Notes under the pieces: generated by a model
What the model saw: the letters and a program-made list of their open reading frames with translations, nothing else
What the model was told of the DNA's origin: nothing
The model's database searches: none
Source: an uncultured Clostridia bacterium
GTDB lineage: Bacteria > Bacillota > Clostridia > Christensenellales > CAG-917
Length of the DNA: 64,000 nt
Direction: 5' to 3'
Assembly (NCBI GenBank): GCA_949283145.1
Contig: CASDRL010000068.1
Coordinates: forward strand, 1,445-65,444
Shown here: positions 23,785-34,612 of the stretch, in pieces
How the letters are laid out: each line of letters starts with the position of its first letter
How positions within the stretch are numbered: position 1 is the first letter of the stretch
Translations under genes and position numbers: made by a program

Positions 23785-24804
23785 TTACATAATGTCGCCG
23801 GTGTTCAGGGAACCTGTGAAGTCGAACGCCATCGAAATTGCGTCGGGGACGATATAGTCCACATGACAGGTATATGTGATGACGGAATAATCACTGTTGG
23901 GAGTGAGTGTCACCGTGATGTTGTTGCCGATGACGGCGGCACCGGTGGCATCCGGAGTCAGAGTGACGGGGGCGACGAAATTACCTGTTTCAGTGGACGC
24001 CCAAGTGCCCCCGAAGACTTTGCCGTCCATATAGGGAGCCAAGTAGACATTAAAGTTGAAGGTGCCGTCCATGAACAGCTCGATCTCGGCGGTCGCAGTT
24101 GTCGTGGCATCCGTCGCCGTCAAAGTGACGATTGGCTCGGTGGATACGATGGGCATGGTTTCGCCGCAGTTGTCGCACTTGCCGTCATTATTTGAGTCGA
24201 CATGTTCGGTGCAGGGCGGAGTGACTTCTCCCTGATCGTCGTTGTTGTCCTTATCCTCATCGACATTGCCGTTTCCGTCATTATCGGTCACTTCGCCGAC
24301 TTGATCGGCAACAGGATCGAGGGTGAATGTCACTTCGCCAAATGCGCCGCCGGGATAATTGACACCGATGTAGAATTTCCCGTCTTCGGCGGTGTAGATC
24401 TTTGCGACACCGCTCTCTGCGTCGCGCAGCTTGGTGGCATTGCCGTCACTTTCGTCCCAGGTCGCGGTGAGGGTGAGCTCGGTTTTATCCGCATTCATCT
24501 CCCAGGTGCCGGAGAGCCAGTCTTGCCATTCGCCGTCATTGAGTGCCCACACTTTGAAGACTTGCCCATACAGCTCACCTTCTACCGGTTCGGCGGGTTC
24601 GGGGATGTTTTCAAAGGTCATATAGCCGCTGCCGGTGTTCGCCCAGAAAGTCTCGGGTTCGGTCTGATAAATGACGCCTTCTTTTGCCGCGGGAGGTGCC
24701 TCCGGCTCGCGGGTGAAGATGACCGCGATGGCGATGACGGCGGCAAGCACGATGACGCCGACGACGCTCAGGATGATGATGAGTTTTTTCTTTTTGCTGT
24801 CCAT
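23785..24804 (-). CDS. Membrane-anchored extracytoplasmic protein of unknown function
   Basis: 339 aa from MDSKKKKLIIILSVVGVIVLAAVIAIAVIF (signal anchor), with a GGAGG RBS. It has an acidic stretch VDEDKDNNDDQGE and a Cys motif CTEHVDSNNDGKCDNCG. The track start at 25173 overlaps the GH78 gene and was rejected. Confidence 0.7.
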   Translation of the reverse strand: MDSKKKKLIIILSVVGVIVLAAVIAIAVIFTREPEAPPAAKEGVIYQTEPETFWANTGSGYMTFENIPEPAEPVEGELYGQVFKVWALNDGEWQDWLSGTWEMNADKTELTLTATWDESDGNATKLRDAESGVAKIYTAEDGKFYIGVNYPGGAFGEVTFTLDPVADQVGEVTDNDGNGNVDEDKDNNDDQGEVTPPCTEHVDSNNDGKCDNCGETMPIVSTEPIVTLTATDATTTATAEIELFMDGTFNFNVYLAPYMDGKVFGGTWASTETGNFVAPVTLTPDATGAAVIGNNITVTLTPNSDYSVITYTCHVDYIVPDAISMAFDFTGSLNTGDIM

Positions 24805-24827
24805 AATTTCCTCCTTAAGGTTTGCCC

Positions 24828-27398
24828 TTATTTGGTTTTTGTGAAAGTGTGTTCCCCCGCTCCCACGGTCATATGTTCCCCGCAGGGCAGAGTGACCTCG
24901 GCGGTGCAGCCCGCGGGGACGGTGAGGGTGAACCTGATCCCGTCCTCCGTCCTTTCCCAGCCGCCTTTGACCGTGCCGTACACGCTCTTGTAGCTTGCTC
25001 TCGCGAAGGTCAGCGTGCCGCCGGGGCGAGGCGCGAAGCGGAAAGCGTTCTCGCCCGCGACGGAGATGCCGCACATCGAGGAGAAGAACCACTCGCACAC
25101 CGCTCCCTTGGAGTAGTGGTTGAGGGATGCAAGTCCCTTCGCCTTGACGGTGTTGCCTTCCCACGCTTCCCATATGGTGGTCGCGCCGTTTTTGGGCATG
25201 GCGAGCCAGCCGGGAAGCTCCTCGTTTTCGAGGAGACGGTAGGCATATTCAATGTCAAGCTCCGCCAGCACGTCGAGGATGAAGGGGGTGGAAAGGAAGC
25301 CCGTCCCCAGCCGCCAGCCGTAGTTGTCGAGTGCCCTGATGAGCCGCTCTTTGGCAAAATCCGCCTGTTCATCTGTCAAAAGATGCATATAAAGCGGTCT
25401 TACGAGCTTTGCCTGCCTGTCCGTGTCCAAGGTGAAGCGAGGCAGAGTGACCAGCTCTTGATAGGCTCGTCTTGCGCCCTCGCTGTACTCCTCGATGCGT
25501 TTTAGACGCGCATCGCGGGGCTTTTTCAGGATGTCCGCCACTTCCAGCACACGGTGCAGGGTGAAGAAGGTGTAGGCGGTGGATTCCTCGGGATGAGGAG
25601 CGGCAAAGTCGTACCATTGGAAGGCGCACACGTCTTCGGGTTCCGCCCATTCGCCGTAGGATTGTCCGCAGTTGACGAAATACTTTCTGTTCTTCCTCGA
25701 GAGGCGGACGGGCTTGGCGTATGGCCCTCCCCACTTGCCCGCGCGGCTTATCATGAAATCCGCATAGCGCAGCATCCCTTCATAGTTCTCTTCGAGGATG
25801 CGCCTGTCGCCGTATTTACGGTACATATAAAGTGGGATATACACCCCCGCGCACGCCCAGCCCACCGAGCCGTTCATCACCCACATGAACCAGTCCTCAT
25901 TGGCGAAGGGTGCGATCTGCGGCAACCTGCCGCTCTTCCATTGTCTGTCATAGATGTCGCGGACGTGCTTGCGCGCGAAAGCCGCATAGTCCGTCATATA
26001 GGACGCGGTGTTGAAAAAGACCTCGCTGTCCCCTGTCCAGCCCATGCGTTCGCGGGTGGGGCAGTCCGTGGGGATGTCGGCGGAGTTGCTTTTCAGCGAC
26101 CACTTCGTGATCTCGTAGAACTTGTTGATGAGGGGGTGCGAGCACTCAAAGGCAGAGGTCTCCTCAAACGCGCTGTATACTGCGATGGCGGCAAAGTCAT
26201 TGTCCTCGAAGGGCACGTCCGTCACCACTTCCGCATATTGGAAACCGCCGAAGAAGAACTTGGGGGAGTATTCGTTGATGCCTTCTTTGCAGATGTAGTC
26301 GATTTCCTGCAATGGCGTCTTTTTACCCTTGTAGGTGCATTGGATGTTTTTGAGGGTGAGCTCTCCGTTTTCGTCCAACATCTCTCCGAGAGTGATGTGG
26401 ATCCTTTGCCCCGCGTGCGCCTTCACCTTGAAGTAGATATAGCCCGCGAGGTTTTGCGGGAAGCGCAGCACCGTCTTTCCGCTCGGCGTCACTATGCGCT
26501 CGGCTGGGGAGAAACGCTCCATTTCCTTCACCGCGACATTGTCGGACGCGGTGACTGCCGCCTTGAATTTCGCGAGTTTTGCGCGCCCCGAGTAGGAGGG
26601 CATCATGCGCGCGTCCGCCTTTTCGCCGTCTTTGAGGTCGGCAAAGCGGATGGGACCGTCGTTCGACCACGCCCAACTCTCGTCCGTGACGACGCGGGTG
26701 ACGCTGCCGTCCGCGGCGTAAAGTTCAAGTTGTGCGAGCAGTTTGGTCTCGGTGCCGTAGGTGTTCCGCCTGCCCTTTGCGCCGTTGGAGCCTCTGTACC
26801 ACCCGTCCGCAAGTTCCGCGGTGATGACGTTGCCGCCCTCACGCACGAGCGCGGTGACGTCGTAGGTCTGATATTGCACGCGCTTGCGGTAGTCCGTGGA
26901 GCCGGGCGCGAGGACGAAGTCTCCCGCCTTTTTGCCGTTCAGCTTCACTTCGTAAAGCCCGCATGCGGTGACGTAGAGGCGCGCCTTGACGACGGATTTT
27001 GCTTCGAAAGTCTTGCGGAAGCAGTCCACGGGATAGCGCATTTTCTTGCTTGCGCGGTAGTCTCCCGCGATCCACTTTGCCGTGAAGTCCTCGGGGGAGA
27101 GCAGTCCCGTCTCGAAGAATGCAGCATCCGAAGGCTCGCCTTCGCGGTCGTTTTCGTCCCAAAGGGTGACAGTCCATTCCACCCTCTCGCGGGAGGAGAG
27201 CGCTTTCGGGAACTCCGCCCGCATGGAGGACGATGTCACTTTGCCGCTGTCCCACACGGTTTTGCCATCAGCCTCTGCGACGATGCGGTATGCGGTCTGT
27301 TTCACCCCGCCCTCGCAGTTCCACATGAGGCGCGGCTTTTGAATGTCGATGCCGAGAGGGTTTTTCAGATATTCGGTTTTGAGGTTTATCGCTTTCAT
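24828..27398 (-). CDS. Alpha-L-rhamnosidase (GH78 family)
   Basis: 856 aa. MKAINLKTEYLKNPLGIDIQKPRLMWNCEGGVKQTAYRI is the characteristic GH78 N-terminal domain. It lies in the rhamnose locus. Confidence 0.85.
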   Translation of the reverse strand: MKAINLKTEYLKNPLGIDIQKPRLMWNCEGGVKQTAYRIVAEADGKTVWDSGKVTSSSMRAEFPKALSSRERVEWTVTLWDENDREGEPSDAAFFETGLLSPEDFTAKWIAGDYRASKKMRYPVDCFRKTFEAKSVVKARLYVTACGLYEVKLNGKKAGDFVLAPGSTDYRKRVQYQTYDVTALVREGGNVITAELADGWYRGSNGAKGRRNTYGTETKLLAQLELYAADGSVTRVVTDESWAWSNDGPIRFADLKDGEKADARMMPSYSGRAKLAKFKAAVTASDNVAVKEMERFSPAERIVTPSGKTVLRFPQNLAGYIYFKVKAHAGQRIHITLGEMLDENGELTLKNIQCTYKGKKTPLQEIDYICKEGINEYSPKFFFGGFQYAEVVTDVPFEDNDFAAIAVYSAFEETSAFECSHPLINKFYEITKWSLKSNSADIPTDCPTRERMGWTGDSEVFFNTASYMTDYAAFARKHVRDIYDRQWKSGRLPQIAPFANEDWFMWVMNGSVGWACAGVYIPLYMYRKYGDRRILEENYEGMLRYADFMISRAGKWGGPYAKPVRLSRKNRKYFVNCGQSYGEWAEPEDVCAFQWYDFAAPHPEESTAYTFFTLHRVLEVADILKKPRDARLKRIEEYSEGARRAYQELVTLPRFTLDTDRQAKLVRPLYMHLLTDEQADFAKERLIRALDNYGWRLGTGFLSTPFILDVLAELDIEYAYRLLENEELPGWLAMPKNGATTIWEAWEGNTVKAKGLASLNHYSKGAVCEWFFSSMCGISVAGENAFRFAPRPGGTLTFARASYKSVYGTVKGGWERTEDGIRFTLTVPAGCTAEVTLPCGEHMTVGAGEHTFTKTK

Positions 27399-27413
27399 AA
27401 TGTCACCCGGCGT

Positions 27414-29687
27414 TTATTCTTCCACACTGTCGCTCTCGTGTGTCGCGCTTTCCGTCTCGTGTGCGTCGGCTTCGGGCACGGCCGCTTCCGGTGCCGCGGC
27501 AGTGTCCTCCGCGGCGGCATCCGCGCCGTTTGCTCTCTCTTCGAGCAGCTTTGCAAAACGCTCTTGCAGCTCGGGCAGCGGGTTGCGGTCTCTGTACTCT
27601 TCGCGGAGAGCCTTGATGCTGCGCTTGCATTCCGTCTTTGCCTCTTTTATGGCGATGCGGCAGGCGATGACGATACCTTCGGCTTCCACGGCTTTCGTGG
27701 GATCCTCCTTCGCCATGGCTTTTGCCTCGGCGATCTCCTTCTTCTTTGCGATGACGATGTCCTGCGCCTTGTCGCGCACCTCGAATTCCGCCTGCGCTTT
27801 CACGTAATCGTACTCGCCGTACACCGTCTCTTTCAGCCACTCATATTCCGCGCGGAGGGCGGCTTTTTCCTGCTTCATGTCGTAAGCAAAACGCTCTTCG
27901 GGAGTCATCTTTGCAAGCTTTTCCGCGAGTTTTGCCTCCGCTTTCGCGGCTTTAGCGGCTGCCTTTTCCGCGGCTTTCTTTTCGTTTTCCGCCGATTTCA
28001 GTGCCTTTGCCTCGACTGCCGCCGTGTGCTTTGCGAGTTCCGCCTCATAGTCCGAGCCCTTCTTTTCGCAACGGGCTTTCAATTCTTCGCGGAAATGTTC
28101 CTCTGCCTCTGCGTCCAGCACCTTCTGTTCCTCCGCGGCGCGGATCTCGGGTTCCACCCAAGTCTCGCCTCTCGCTTCGCACGCTTTCCTCTGACGCAGC
28201 CTTATGACGCCCTGTTTGAGACCGACGGTGTTCTCGACGCGCACGAAGGTGAGCATGCCCGCAAACACCAGTCCCGCGATGGCTTCCAATCCCACGAAGA
28301 AGAAGGTGAAGATGGTGTTGATGGCTTCCGGCTGGTTGAAGATGACGGAGAACGTGCCGTCGGAGTTTTCGATGATCTTCTGTATGGCTTCGGTGAGGGC
28401 GGGCGCGGCGTTCACGGTCTCGGGCGCGATGTAGCCCGCTCCGGCAATGCCACTGTTGAATATTCCCGTGACAAGCCCCGCCGCGGCGGTGATGATGACG
28501 GAATAAGCGGACATCGCGATGCCGTCGCAGCGGAAGCCGTTTTTCCATTCGAGGTGGTCGAGCGCGTCCGCAAAGAGTGCCATAAAGACGTAGGCGCAAG
28601 GGAGACCGCCGATGTTTTTGATGAACTGTCCCACAAGGACGATGTAGATGTTGGTGGGTGCCATCCAGCATATCGCGCTGCCGAGGGCGTAGAGCAGGAA
28701 GCCTATCACGGTGATGTTCTTCTTGCCGAACTTCTTTGCCAGCGGCCACACCGCGAAGATGCCTATGCCCATCGGGATGCCGCCGAGAACGGACACGAGC
28801 GTCTGCGTAATGCCGTCGGAGTAAGTGCCGAGGACGTAGTTGCAGTAGTAAGGGAGGGAGAGGTTTTTGAGCTGACTGGTCAGCGTGTAGAGAAGGAAGT
28901 AGCCGAGGAGCAGCAGCATATATTTGTCGGTGAGCACCGCCTTGATCTGGGAGAGGAAGGGGACTTTCTTTTCCGCCTCGCCCGCACTTTCAAGCGTGAC
29001 GCGCTCCTTGGTGAAGTAGTATTCCACGAAGGTGAGGGGAAGTGTGATGCAGGAGAGCACGCACATGCACACGATCCACAGCCCTTTGCTCGTGCCGAGG
29101 GAGGGCATGATCGCCATCGGGAATATGAGGGCGACGATGATGCCGCTCATCATGATGGTGCTGATGTTGTTGAACACCGCCAGCACGCCTCTCTGCGCCG
29201 TGTTGCGGGTGGAGAGGGGCACCATCAGGTTGTGGCTCATGTTGTAGATGGTGTAGGCGACGGAATAATAGAGGTTATACGACAGCATCACCCACGCGAT
29301 CTGCAACGCCTCGTTGCCGCTCGGCACCACGAAGAGCAGGATGCCGCTCACCGCAAGCAAGGGCGCCGAAAGGAGCAGCCACGGACGCGCCTTGCCTTGT
29401 TTTGTGCGGGTGCGGTCGATGATGAAGCCCATCACCACGTTGGTTATGGCGTCGATTATCTTGGAGATGATGGGGAATATGATGAGGAACGCGCCTCCCC
29501 ACACCGTGCCCAAGCCGAGGACGTCCGTATAATAGACGTTGAGGTAGGTCGCCATGACGGCGTTGAAAAGGAGCGCGCCGCAGGGTCCCAAAAGGTAGCC
29601 CAGCCATTTCTCTTTGTTTCCGACATTCTGCGAGGTGAGCTTGGAGTTCCAGATGCGCCCCGAGAGGAAAGTGCCTGCGTTTGTCAT
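27414..29687 (-). CDS. GPH-family (MelB-like) glycoside:cation symporter with long C-terminal coiled-coil tail
   Basis: 757 aa from MTNAGTF... The first roughly 495 aa are polytopic, with a GPH-like N-terminus ([33 protein letters not shown]). The last roughly 262 aa (DNA 27417-28201) are A/E/K-rich helical sequence. Confidence 0.8.
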   Translation of the reverse strand: MTNAGTFLSGRIWNSKLTSQNVGNKEKWLGYLLGPCGALLFNAVMATYLNVYYTDVLGLGTVWGGAFLIIFPIISKIIDAITNVVMGFIIDRTRTKQGKARPWLLLSAPLLAVSGILLFVVPSGNEALQIAWVMLSYNLYYSVAYTIYNMSHNLMVPLSTRNTAQRGVLAVFNNISTIMMSGIIVALIFPMAIMPSLGTSKGLWIVCMCVLSCITLPLTFVEYYFTKERVTLESAGEAEKKVPFLSQIKAVLTDKYMLLLLGYFLLYTLTSQLKNLSLPYYCNYVLGTYSDGITQTLVSVLGGIPMGIGIFAVWPLAKKFGKKNITVIGFLLYALGSAICWMAPTNIYIVLVGQFIKNIGGLPCAYVFMALFADALDHLEWKNGFRCDGIAMSAYSVIITAAAGLVTGIFNSGIAGAGYIAPETVNAAPALTEAIQKIIENSDGTFSVIFNQPEAINTIFTFFFVGLEAIAGLVFAGMLTFVRVENTVGLKQGVIRLRQRKACEARGETWVEPEIRAAEEQKVLDAEAEEHFREELKARCEKKGSDYEAELAKHTAAVEAKALKSAENEKKAAEKAAAKAAKAEAKLAEKLAKMTPEERFAYDMKQEKAALRAEYEWLKETVYGEYDYVKAQAEFEVRDKAQDIVIAKKKEIAEAKAMAKEDPTKAVEAEGIVIACRIAIKEAKTECKRSIKALREEYRDRNPLPELQERFAKLLEERANGADAAAEDTAAAPEAAVPEADAHETESATHESDSVEE

Positions 29688-29856
29688 GATCTCTCCCTTG
29701 TCACGTGTTTTCGGGAGGGGAAAGCGGGTGCGATGCAAATCGGCAAAACTCGAATTTTCCCCTACGCTTGCATCTTATCACCCCAAAGAGTCAAGAATCT
29801 TGCATTATTGTTTCGATTTTGATATAATTGTTTCGACTTCACGAGGAGGCGGAGTT

Positions 29857-31065
29857 ATGGCACACATCGACTACAACTATATCTGCACTCTGATAGGCAA
29901 CCTCAGCGGCGTGCCGATAAGGCTTTACAACGGGGAGGAACTCGTGTTTTATCATTCCCTCGCCGTGCTGCCAAAAGATCCGCTCACCGCTTATGCGGAC
30001 GAGGTGTTGAAGATCGACGCGCACATAGGCTATTTCATAACCCCCACATTCCATTACTACGGGGTGGTATCCGACGCGACGCACAAGATCGTCATCGGGC
30101 CGACGATACAGGCGGAGAGCAACGAGCGGGACCTCAGAGAACTTGCTCTCAGGTGCGACGTCCCCCACGAGGAGACGGAGGCGTTCCTTTCCGGGATGAA
30201 GAGCATCATACACATGCCCCTCGACAGCATAATGCAGATGCTCTGCGCCCTCAATTACATCATGAATGGGGAGACGTTGAGCCTCGGCGAAATCACCATC
30301 TACGACTCCGAGCAGCAGGACCTGCGCGCACAGCTTCGGGAGGAGCAGGCGGCGATAGATATGACGGTGGACAACGAGACGCGCTATGAGACGGAGAAGG
30401 TGCACAACACTCTCGCCATCGAGCAGACCATAATGAACTTCGTCAGGCGGGGAGACACCGCGGCACTTCTCGAATGGACGAAGTCCGCCCCCGCGGTGAG
30501 GGGAGGGGTGATCGCGAGCAATCAACTCCGCCAGCTCAAAAACACTTTCATCGTCACAGCCACCCTCGTCGCGCGCGCGGCAATAAGAGGCGGTATGGAC
30601 GTCAACGACGCCCTTGCTTTAAGTGACTCTTACATCAGAAAGTGCGAGCTTATGAACAGCGAGGCTCGCATCACCAACCTGCAATTCCGCATGGTAATGG
30701 ACTACACCGAGCGCGTGGAAAAATTGCATGTGGGCAAAAATGACTCCAAATTCGTCCTCGACATCGCCAATTTCGTGCAGCACAACATTGCAAAGCCCAT
30801 CACCACGGAGGACATCGCCGCCGCAATGTATATGAGCAGATCCCGCCTTTCCACCCGCTTCAAGGAGGAGACGGGCGAGAACCTCTCGGACTACATCATG
30901 CGCGAGAAGATAGAGGAGGCAAAACACCTTCTCACTTATACAGACAAGCCCATCTCCGCCATCAGCGCCTACCTCTGCTTCTCCTCGCAAAGCCACTTCA
31001 CCCGCCAGTTTAAACACTTCACCGGCAGGACCCCCGGCGACTACCGCGACCGCATCCGCACCTGA
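29857..31065 (+). CDS. AraC-family transcriptional regulator (probable rhamnose-locus regulator)
   Basis: 402 aa from MAHIDYNY with a GGAGG RBS. The C-terminal AraC HTH is SDYIMREKIEEAKHLLTYTDKPISAISAYLCFSSQSHFTRQFKHFTGRTPGDYR. It is divergent from the transporter gene. Confidence 0.85.
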   Translation: MAHIDYNYICTLIGNLSGVPIRLYNGEELVFYHSLAVLPKDPLTAYADEVLKIDAHIGYFITPTFHYYGVVSDATHKIVIGPTIQAESNERDLRELALRCDVPHEETEAFLSGMKSIIHMPLDSIMQMLCALNYIMNGETLSLGEITIYDSEQQDLRAQLREEQAAIDMTVDNETRYETEKVHNTLAIEQTIMNFVRRGDTAALLEWTKSAPAVRGGVIASNQLRQLKNTFIVTATLVARAAIRGGMDVNDALALSDSYIRKCELMNSEARITNLQFRMVMDYTERVEKLHVGKNDSKFVLDIANFVQHNIAKPITTEDIAAAMYMSRSRLSTRFKEETGENLSDYIMREKIEEAKHLLTYTDKPISAISAYLCFSSQSHFTRQFKHFTGRTPGDYRDRIRT

Positions 31066-31307
31066 CGGAAGTTCGGTTTGTCCCGGCGCTTTCCATTGCG
31101 GACGATCCGTTCGGGCGATCCGCCGCCTGCCCGCCGCATCCCGGTTTTCCCAAACGACGGTTTTACGCATCTTTGGCGCAATGTGCCGAGGGGGGCGCAT
31201 ATTTTTTTCGGCAAAACGGTTGTGAGACATTTTTGGGACATTAGGTGAGATATAATTTATTTGCAAACGGGAAAAGTCCGTTTGACAACGATATTGCGGA
31301 GGAAATT

Positions 31308-31709
31308 ATGGACATCATCATCACCAAACATGCGGAGAGAAGGATCAAGGAGCGCGTGCCCGGCATGAAGAGCGAGAGCAAACGCGCGGCATTTGTCGAG
31401 AACGCCGTTGTTTACGGAATCAGGCCGGAGGGGAGCAGCGGCGCCGGCGCGGCTTATCTCAGGCACAAGCAGGCGCTTTCGGCGGAATATGCCGAGTATG
31501 CGGGCAGAGACCTGCTGCTTTACCGCGAATACATCTTTGTGATGGAAGCGGGCACTCTCATCACGGTGCTCCCGCGCAGCTGCGACTACGGGCGCAGGAT
31601 GGAGCGCGAGCGTGCAAAACACCGCAGAGTGCGGGAGAAACACGCGAACGAATGCGTCCGCAGAGGATCCGCGGACGCGGATGCCGCCATGTGCTGCGCA
31701 GCCTTCTGA
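31308..31709 (+). CDS. Hypothetical protein (DUF4258-like N-terminus?)
   Basis: 133 aa from MDIIITKHAERRIKERV, an N-terminus reminiscent of DUF4258-type small proteins. GGAGGA RBS. The C-terminus is basic and low-complexity. Confidence 0.45.
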   Translation: MDIIITKHAERRIKERVPGMKSESKRAAFVENAVVYGIRPEGSSGAGAAYLRHKQALSAEYAEYAGRDLLLYREYIFVMEAGTLITVLPRSCDYGRRMERERAKHRRVREKHANECVRRGSADADAAMCCAAF

Positions 31710-31927
31710 GAAGCCCATCAGAAGAAAGGGTATTTCCCGTCGCCCTTTCTTTCGGGATCCCCGCGCCTTTTCCGACAGTACGGCGCGGGGATTTTTCATG
31801 CAGAAACATCGCCGGAGCAAAATATGCCGTGCCGGGAGCATTAAAATGAGATCGGGCGGATTTTTAAAGCGGCAATTATCAATTTTTGATATAGCCGTAT
31901 GATATGATCTGACGCAGGAGGTGCGGA

Positions 31928-32254
31928 ATGGAATTTCACACTAAGATCGTAGGCGTCACTTTCGAAGGCAGACAAAGACTTATCGCCAAACTTGCAAGGA
32001 CGGGGAAACTGCAGCCCGGGACTCCGCTGGAGTTTATTGCCGACCATAACAATCAGTATGACAGATATGCCGTAAAAGTCATGACCGTGGACGGAGAACA
32101 ATTGGGGTATATTGCCAAAAAGGACGGGCTCAACAAGACGATCTCGGAAAATCTTCAGCGCGACATGGCATATCATGTGACCGTTTCCTCCGTCAGCGAA
32201 GCTGCATCCGACGATATGAACATCGGCGTGAATATCAAAGTGAGATGTAATTGA
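31928..32254 (+). CDS. HIRAN domain protein
   Basis: 108 aa. IVGVTFEGRQRLIAKL..G..LEFIADHNNQYDRYAVKVMTVDGEQLGYIAKK matches the HIRAN pattern. AGGAGG RBS. Its stop overlaps or abuts the helicase start. Confidence 0.75.
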   Translation: MEFHTKIVGVTFEGRQRLIAKLARTGKLQPGTPLEFIADHNNQYDRYAVKVMTVDGEQLGYIAKKDGLNKTISENLQRDMAYHVTVSSVSEAASDDMNIGVNIKVRCN

Positions 32255-32259
32255 CCGAT

Positions 32260-34302
32260 ATGGACATCAAGTATACCGCAGAACAACAACAAGTCATCGA
32301 TTCGAACGCCAAGCGCATGATGGTCGTCTCGTGCGCGGGTAGCGGCAAATCCACGACGATCGTGGGAAGAGTGGTCCGACTGATAGGCAGCGGCGTTCCC
32401 GCGGGCTCGATCGTATTGCTCACGTTCAGCAATAAGGCAGCGGCGGATCTGCGCTACAAATTCAACGATGCCGCCGGCTGCGACGGGCTCACCATAGCCA
32501 CATTCCACGCCTTCGGCTTGGACATCATCAAGAAAAACCTTGAAATATTGGGCTTCAAGGCGGGGATCGGCATCGTCAACGACGGAGAGCGCAAGAGCGC
32601 CGTGTCCGAGATCATAGAGAAATTCAAGGCGGCGGATAAGCTCGCGGGCAAGATCGAATGGTACAACGGCGCCGAGATGTACGTAAAATACATCGCAGAG
32701 AAAAAATGCGGCGAACGGGACGTTGAGAGCCGCTTCGGCGAACTGAGCAGGCGGCAGGAGCTGTTCGCACTTTATAACGACGAACTGAAAAACAGAAATA
32801 TGCTGGATATGGAAGACCTCATCTATCTTCCGCTGCGGCTGTTCGAGGAAAATGCGAACATAAAGACGAGCGTCCGCGACAGCATCAGATATCTGTTCGT
32901 TGACGAATATCAGGACACCAACACCGTACAGAACGAATTTATTGACGCTCTGACGGCGAAGGACACAAATGTGTGTCTGGTCGGAGACGACGATCAGGCG
33001 ATATACGAATGGCGGGGCGCGAAGCCGGAATACATCCGCGAAAAGGCGGCGTCGTCTGCTTACAAAGTGTTCAAGCTGCAGGAGAACTTCCGTTCGCAGA
33101 AGGGCATAATCGAGATCGCGAACAGACTCATCGGCAACAATAAGATCCGCGTCAAAAAGGAAGTGCGCCCGATGCGCGCCGCCGAGCCGGGTCCGTATTT
33201 CAAGCGGTTTATGTCGGAGGCGGATGAGGCAAAATATATCGCCGCGACGATAAGCAAACTGGTGCGGTCCAAAAAATTCAACTATAAGGACATTGCCGTT
33301 CTGGTGCGGAAGTCGGCGCAGCTCGACGCGATCAAGGATGCGTTGGAAAAAGAGGATATCCATTATGAGGAGAACTTGCTGCACACGGGATATGAATACA
33401 GCAAATTCGTGGCGGTGCTCAAAGCCATAGCGGAATGGAATGCGTATGAGAAGATCGTTGCGGCGGCGAATTTCCCCGACCGCTGTTTCGACAAGTATGT
33501 CCTGGAAGACGCAAAAGACGCCTACAATGCCGCAACGGGGAACACGACCGAATTCTCGAACATGGAATGGCTCGACCGCATTTTCATGTCCGAAGGAGTG
33601 GAGTACGACGAGTTTTGCGAAAAATTCAGAGAGAGATACGAAGTGCTGATAAAACTGCGCATGGCAAAAGGGCTGAGCGCAAAACAGATCATCGCTTTCC
33701 TCATCGAAAAGTATTATCCGAATTACGCGGAATTGATGAACAAGAGCAAGCAGACGGAAGAGTTTCAATATGTGATGCAGACTTTCGAGATCGCGAGCAT
33801 GTTCGAAAGCGCCATGGGGCCGCAGTCTCTCGGGGATTTCCTCATCCAGCTGGGGCAGGCGGTCGGCAGCGAGGAATATAACGTGACGAGCGGCGCCAAC
33901 TCCGTAAAACTGATGACCATCCACAGGTCAAAAGGGCTTGAATACAAAGTCGTGTTTGTTGTGGGCGTGCAGGTCGGCGTGTTCCCGAACGATTATTTCA
34001 TAAAAAAAGAAGAGGATGTGGAGGCGGAGAGGCGCTTGTTTTACGTGGCGATCACGCGAGCGAAAAATCTGCTTTTCCTTTCCTCCACCGACGATCCGTG
34101 CGCGGGCTCGAACGACAACAAGAAAAGAGCGCTGGTGCCGCACGGATTCATTGCGGAGATCCCGACCGTGCTGAATGCGTCAAAAGCGTTTTCGCTTGCG
34201 GACCTCAATGGATATCCGGAGTGCGAGAGCCCGGACAGCGCAAATGAGATCGCGGAGCGCGTCCGCAGTTCCGTCCCGGATTCGATGTGCGCAATCATCT
34301 GA
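32260..34302 (+). CDS. UvrD/Rep-family superfamily 1 helicase
   Basis: About 680 aa. Walker A is CAGSGKST and motif II is FVDEYQDTN. Also present: ENFRS, TIHRSKGLEYKVVFVVG and LFYVAITRAKNLLFLS. TTG at 32251 is an alternative start. Confidence 0.9.
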   Translation: MDIKYTAEQQQVIDSNAKRMMVVSCAGSGKSTTIVGRVVRLIGSGVPAGSIVLLTFSNKAAADLRYKFNDAAGCDGLTIATFHAFGLDIIKKNLEILGFKAGIGIVNDGERKSAVSEIIEKFKAADKLAGKIEWYNGAEMYVKYIAEKKCGERDVESRFGELSRRQELFALYNDELKNRNMLDMEDLIYLPLRLFEENANIKTSVRDSIRYLFVDEYQDTNTVQNEFIDALTAKDTNVCLVGDDDQAIYEWRGAKPEYIREKAASSAYKVFKLQENFRSQKGIIEIANRLIGNNKIRVKKEVRPMRAAEPGPYFKRFMSEADEAKYIAATISKLVRSKKFNYKDIAVLVRKSAQLDAIKDALEKEDIHYEENLLHTGYEYSKFVAVLKAIAEWNAYEKIVAAANFPDRCFDKYVLEDAKDAYNAATGNTTEFSNMEWLDRIFMSEGVEYDEFCEKFRERYEVLIKLRMAKGLSAKQIIAFLIEKYYPNYAELMNKSKQTEEFQYVMQTFEIASMFESAMGPQSLGDFLIQLGQAVGSEEYNVTSGANSVKLMTIHRSKGLEYKVVFVVGVQVGVFPNDYFIKKEEDVEAERRLFYVAITRAKNLLFLSSTDDPCAGSNDNKKRALVPHGFIAEIPTVLNASKAFSLADLNGYPECESPDSANEIAERVRSSVPDSMCAII

Positions 34303-34568
34303 ACAACGAAAAATGCGCCGGCATCGTGATCTGTCCCGTGGATGAGTCCCGTCTCGGAATAGGGCGTCCGCTGCTCCGGGAACTGTCCGAAAACGGCTTT
34401 CCGCAAGTCGTAGATCTGCGCGGAGGGGAAATAAACGCGGAAACCGTCGGCGCGGCGCTGACAAAGATCAAACGGAGCTATTTCAAAGAGCGAGAGCGCG
34501 CGGGCGCATTCTGCGCCAAATGCGCCGACGCTTTCCGCCGCCACGTTTAACGCGTCCCGAGTTTGTTC

Positions 34569-34595
34569 GCCCCCGACGCGGTTGCCGTCGGGGGC
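34569..34595. terminator. GC-rich hairpin between convergent helicase and integrase genes
   Basis: gcccccgacg cggttgc cgtcgggggc, a 10-bp stem. The T-run after it is weak (gttcgggtttt). Confidence 0.4.
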
Positions 34596-34612
34596 GTTCG
34601 GGTTTTAGGGCG

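Noticed and set aside
25554-29822. A 1422-aa plus-strand ORF spanning 4.3 kb.
   Set aside because: It runs antisense across two well-supported minus-strand genes (the GH78 rhamnosidase and the GPH transporter). Its translation is R/G/A/H/V-rich low-complexity sequence with no recognisable domain. Long stop-free antisense frames are expected in GC-rich DNA.
34287-34550. An 87-aa plus-strand ORF, and the 34041-34544 minus-strand ORF, between the helicase and the integrase.
   Set aside because: Both overlap the 3' end of the UvrD-like gene, lack convincing RBSs and have no family resemblance. They are probably non-coding sequence between convergent genes.
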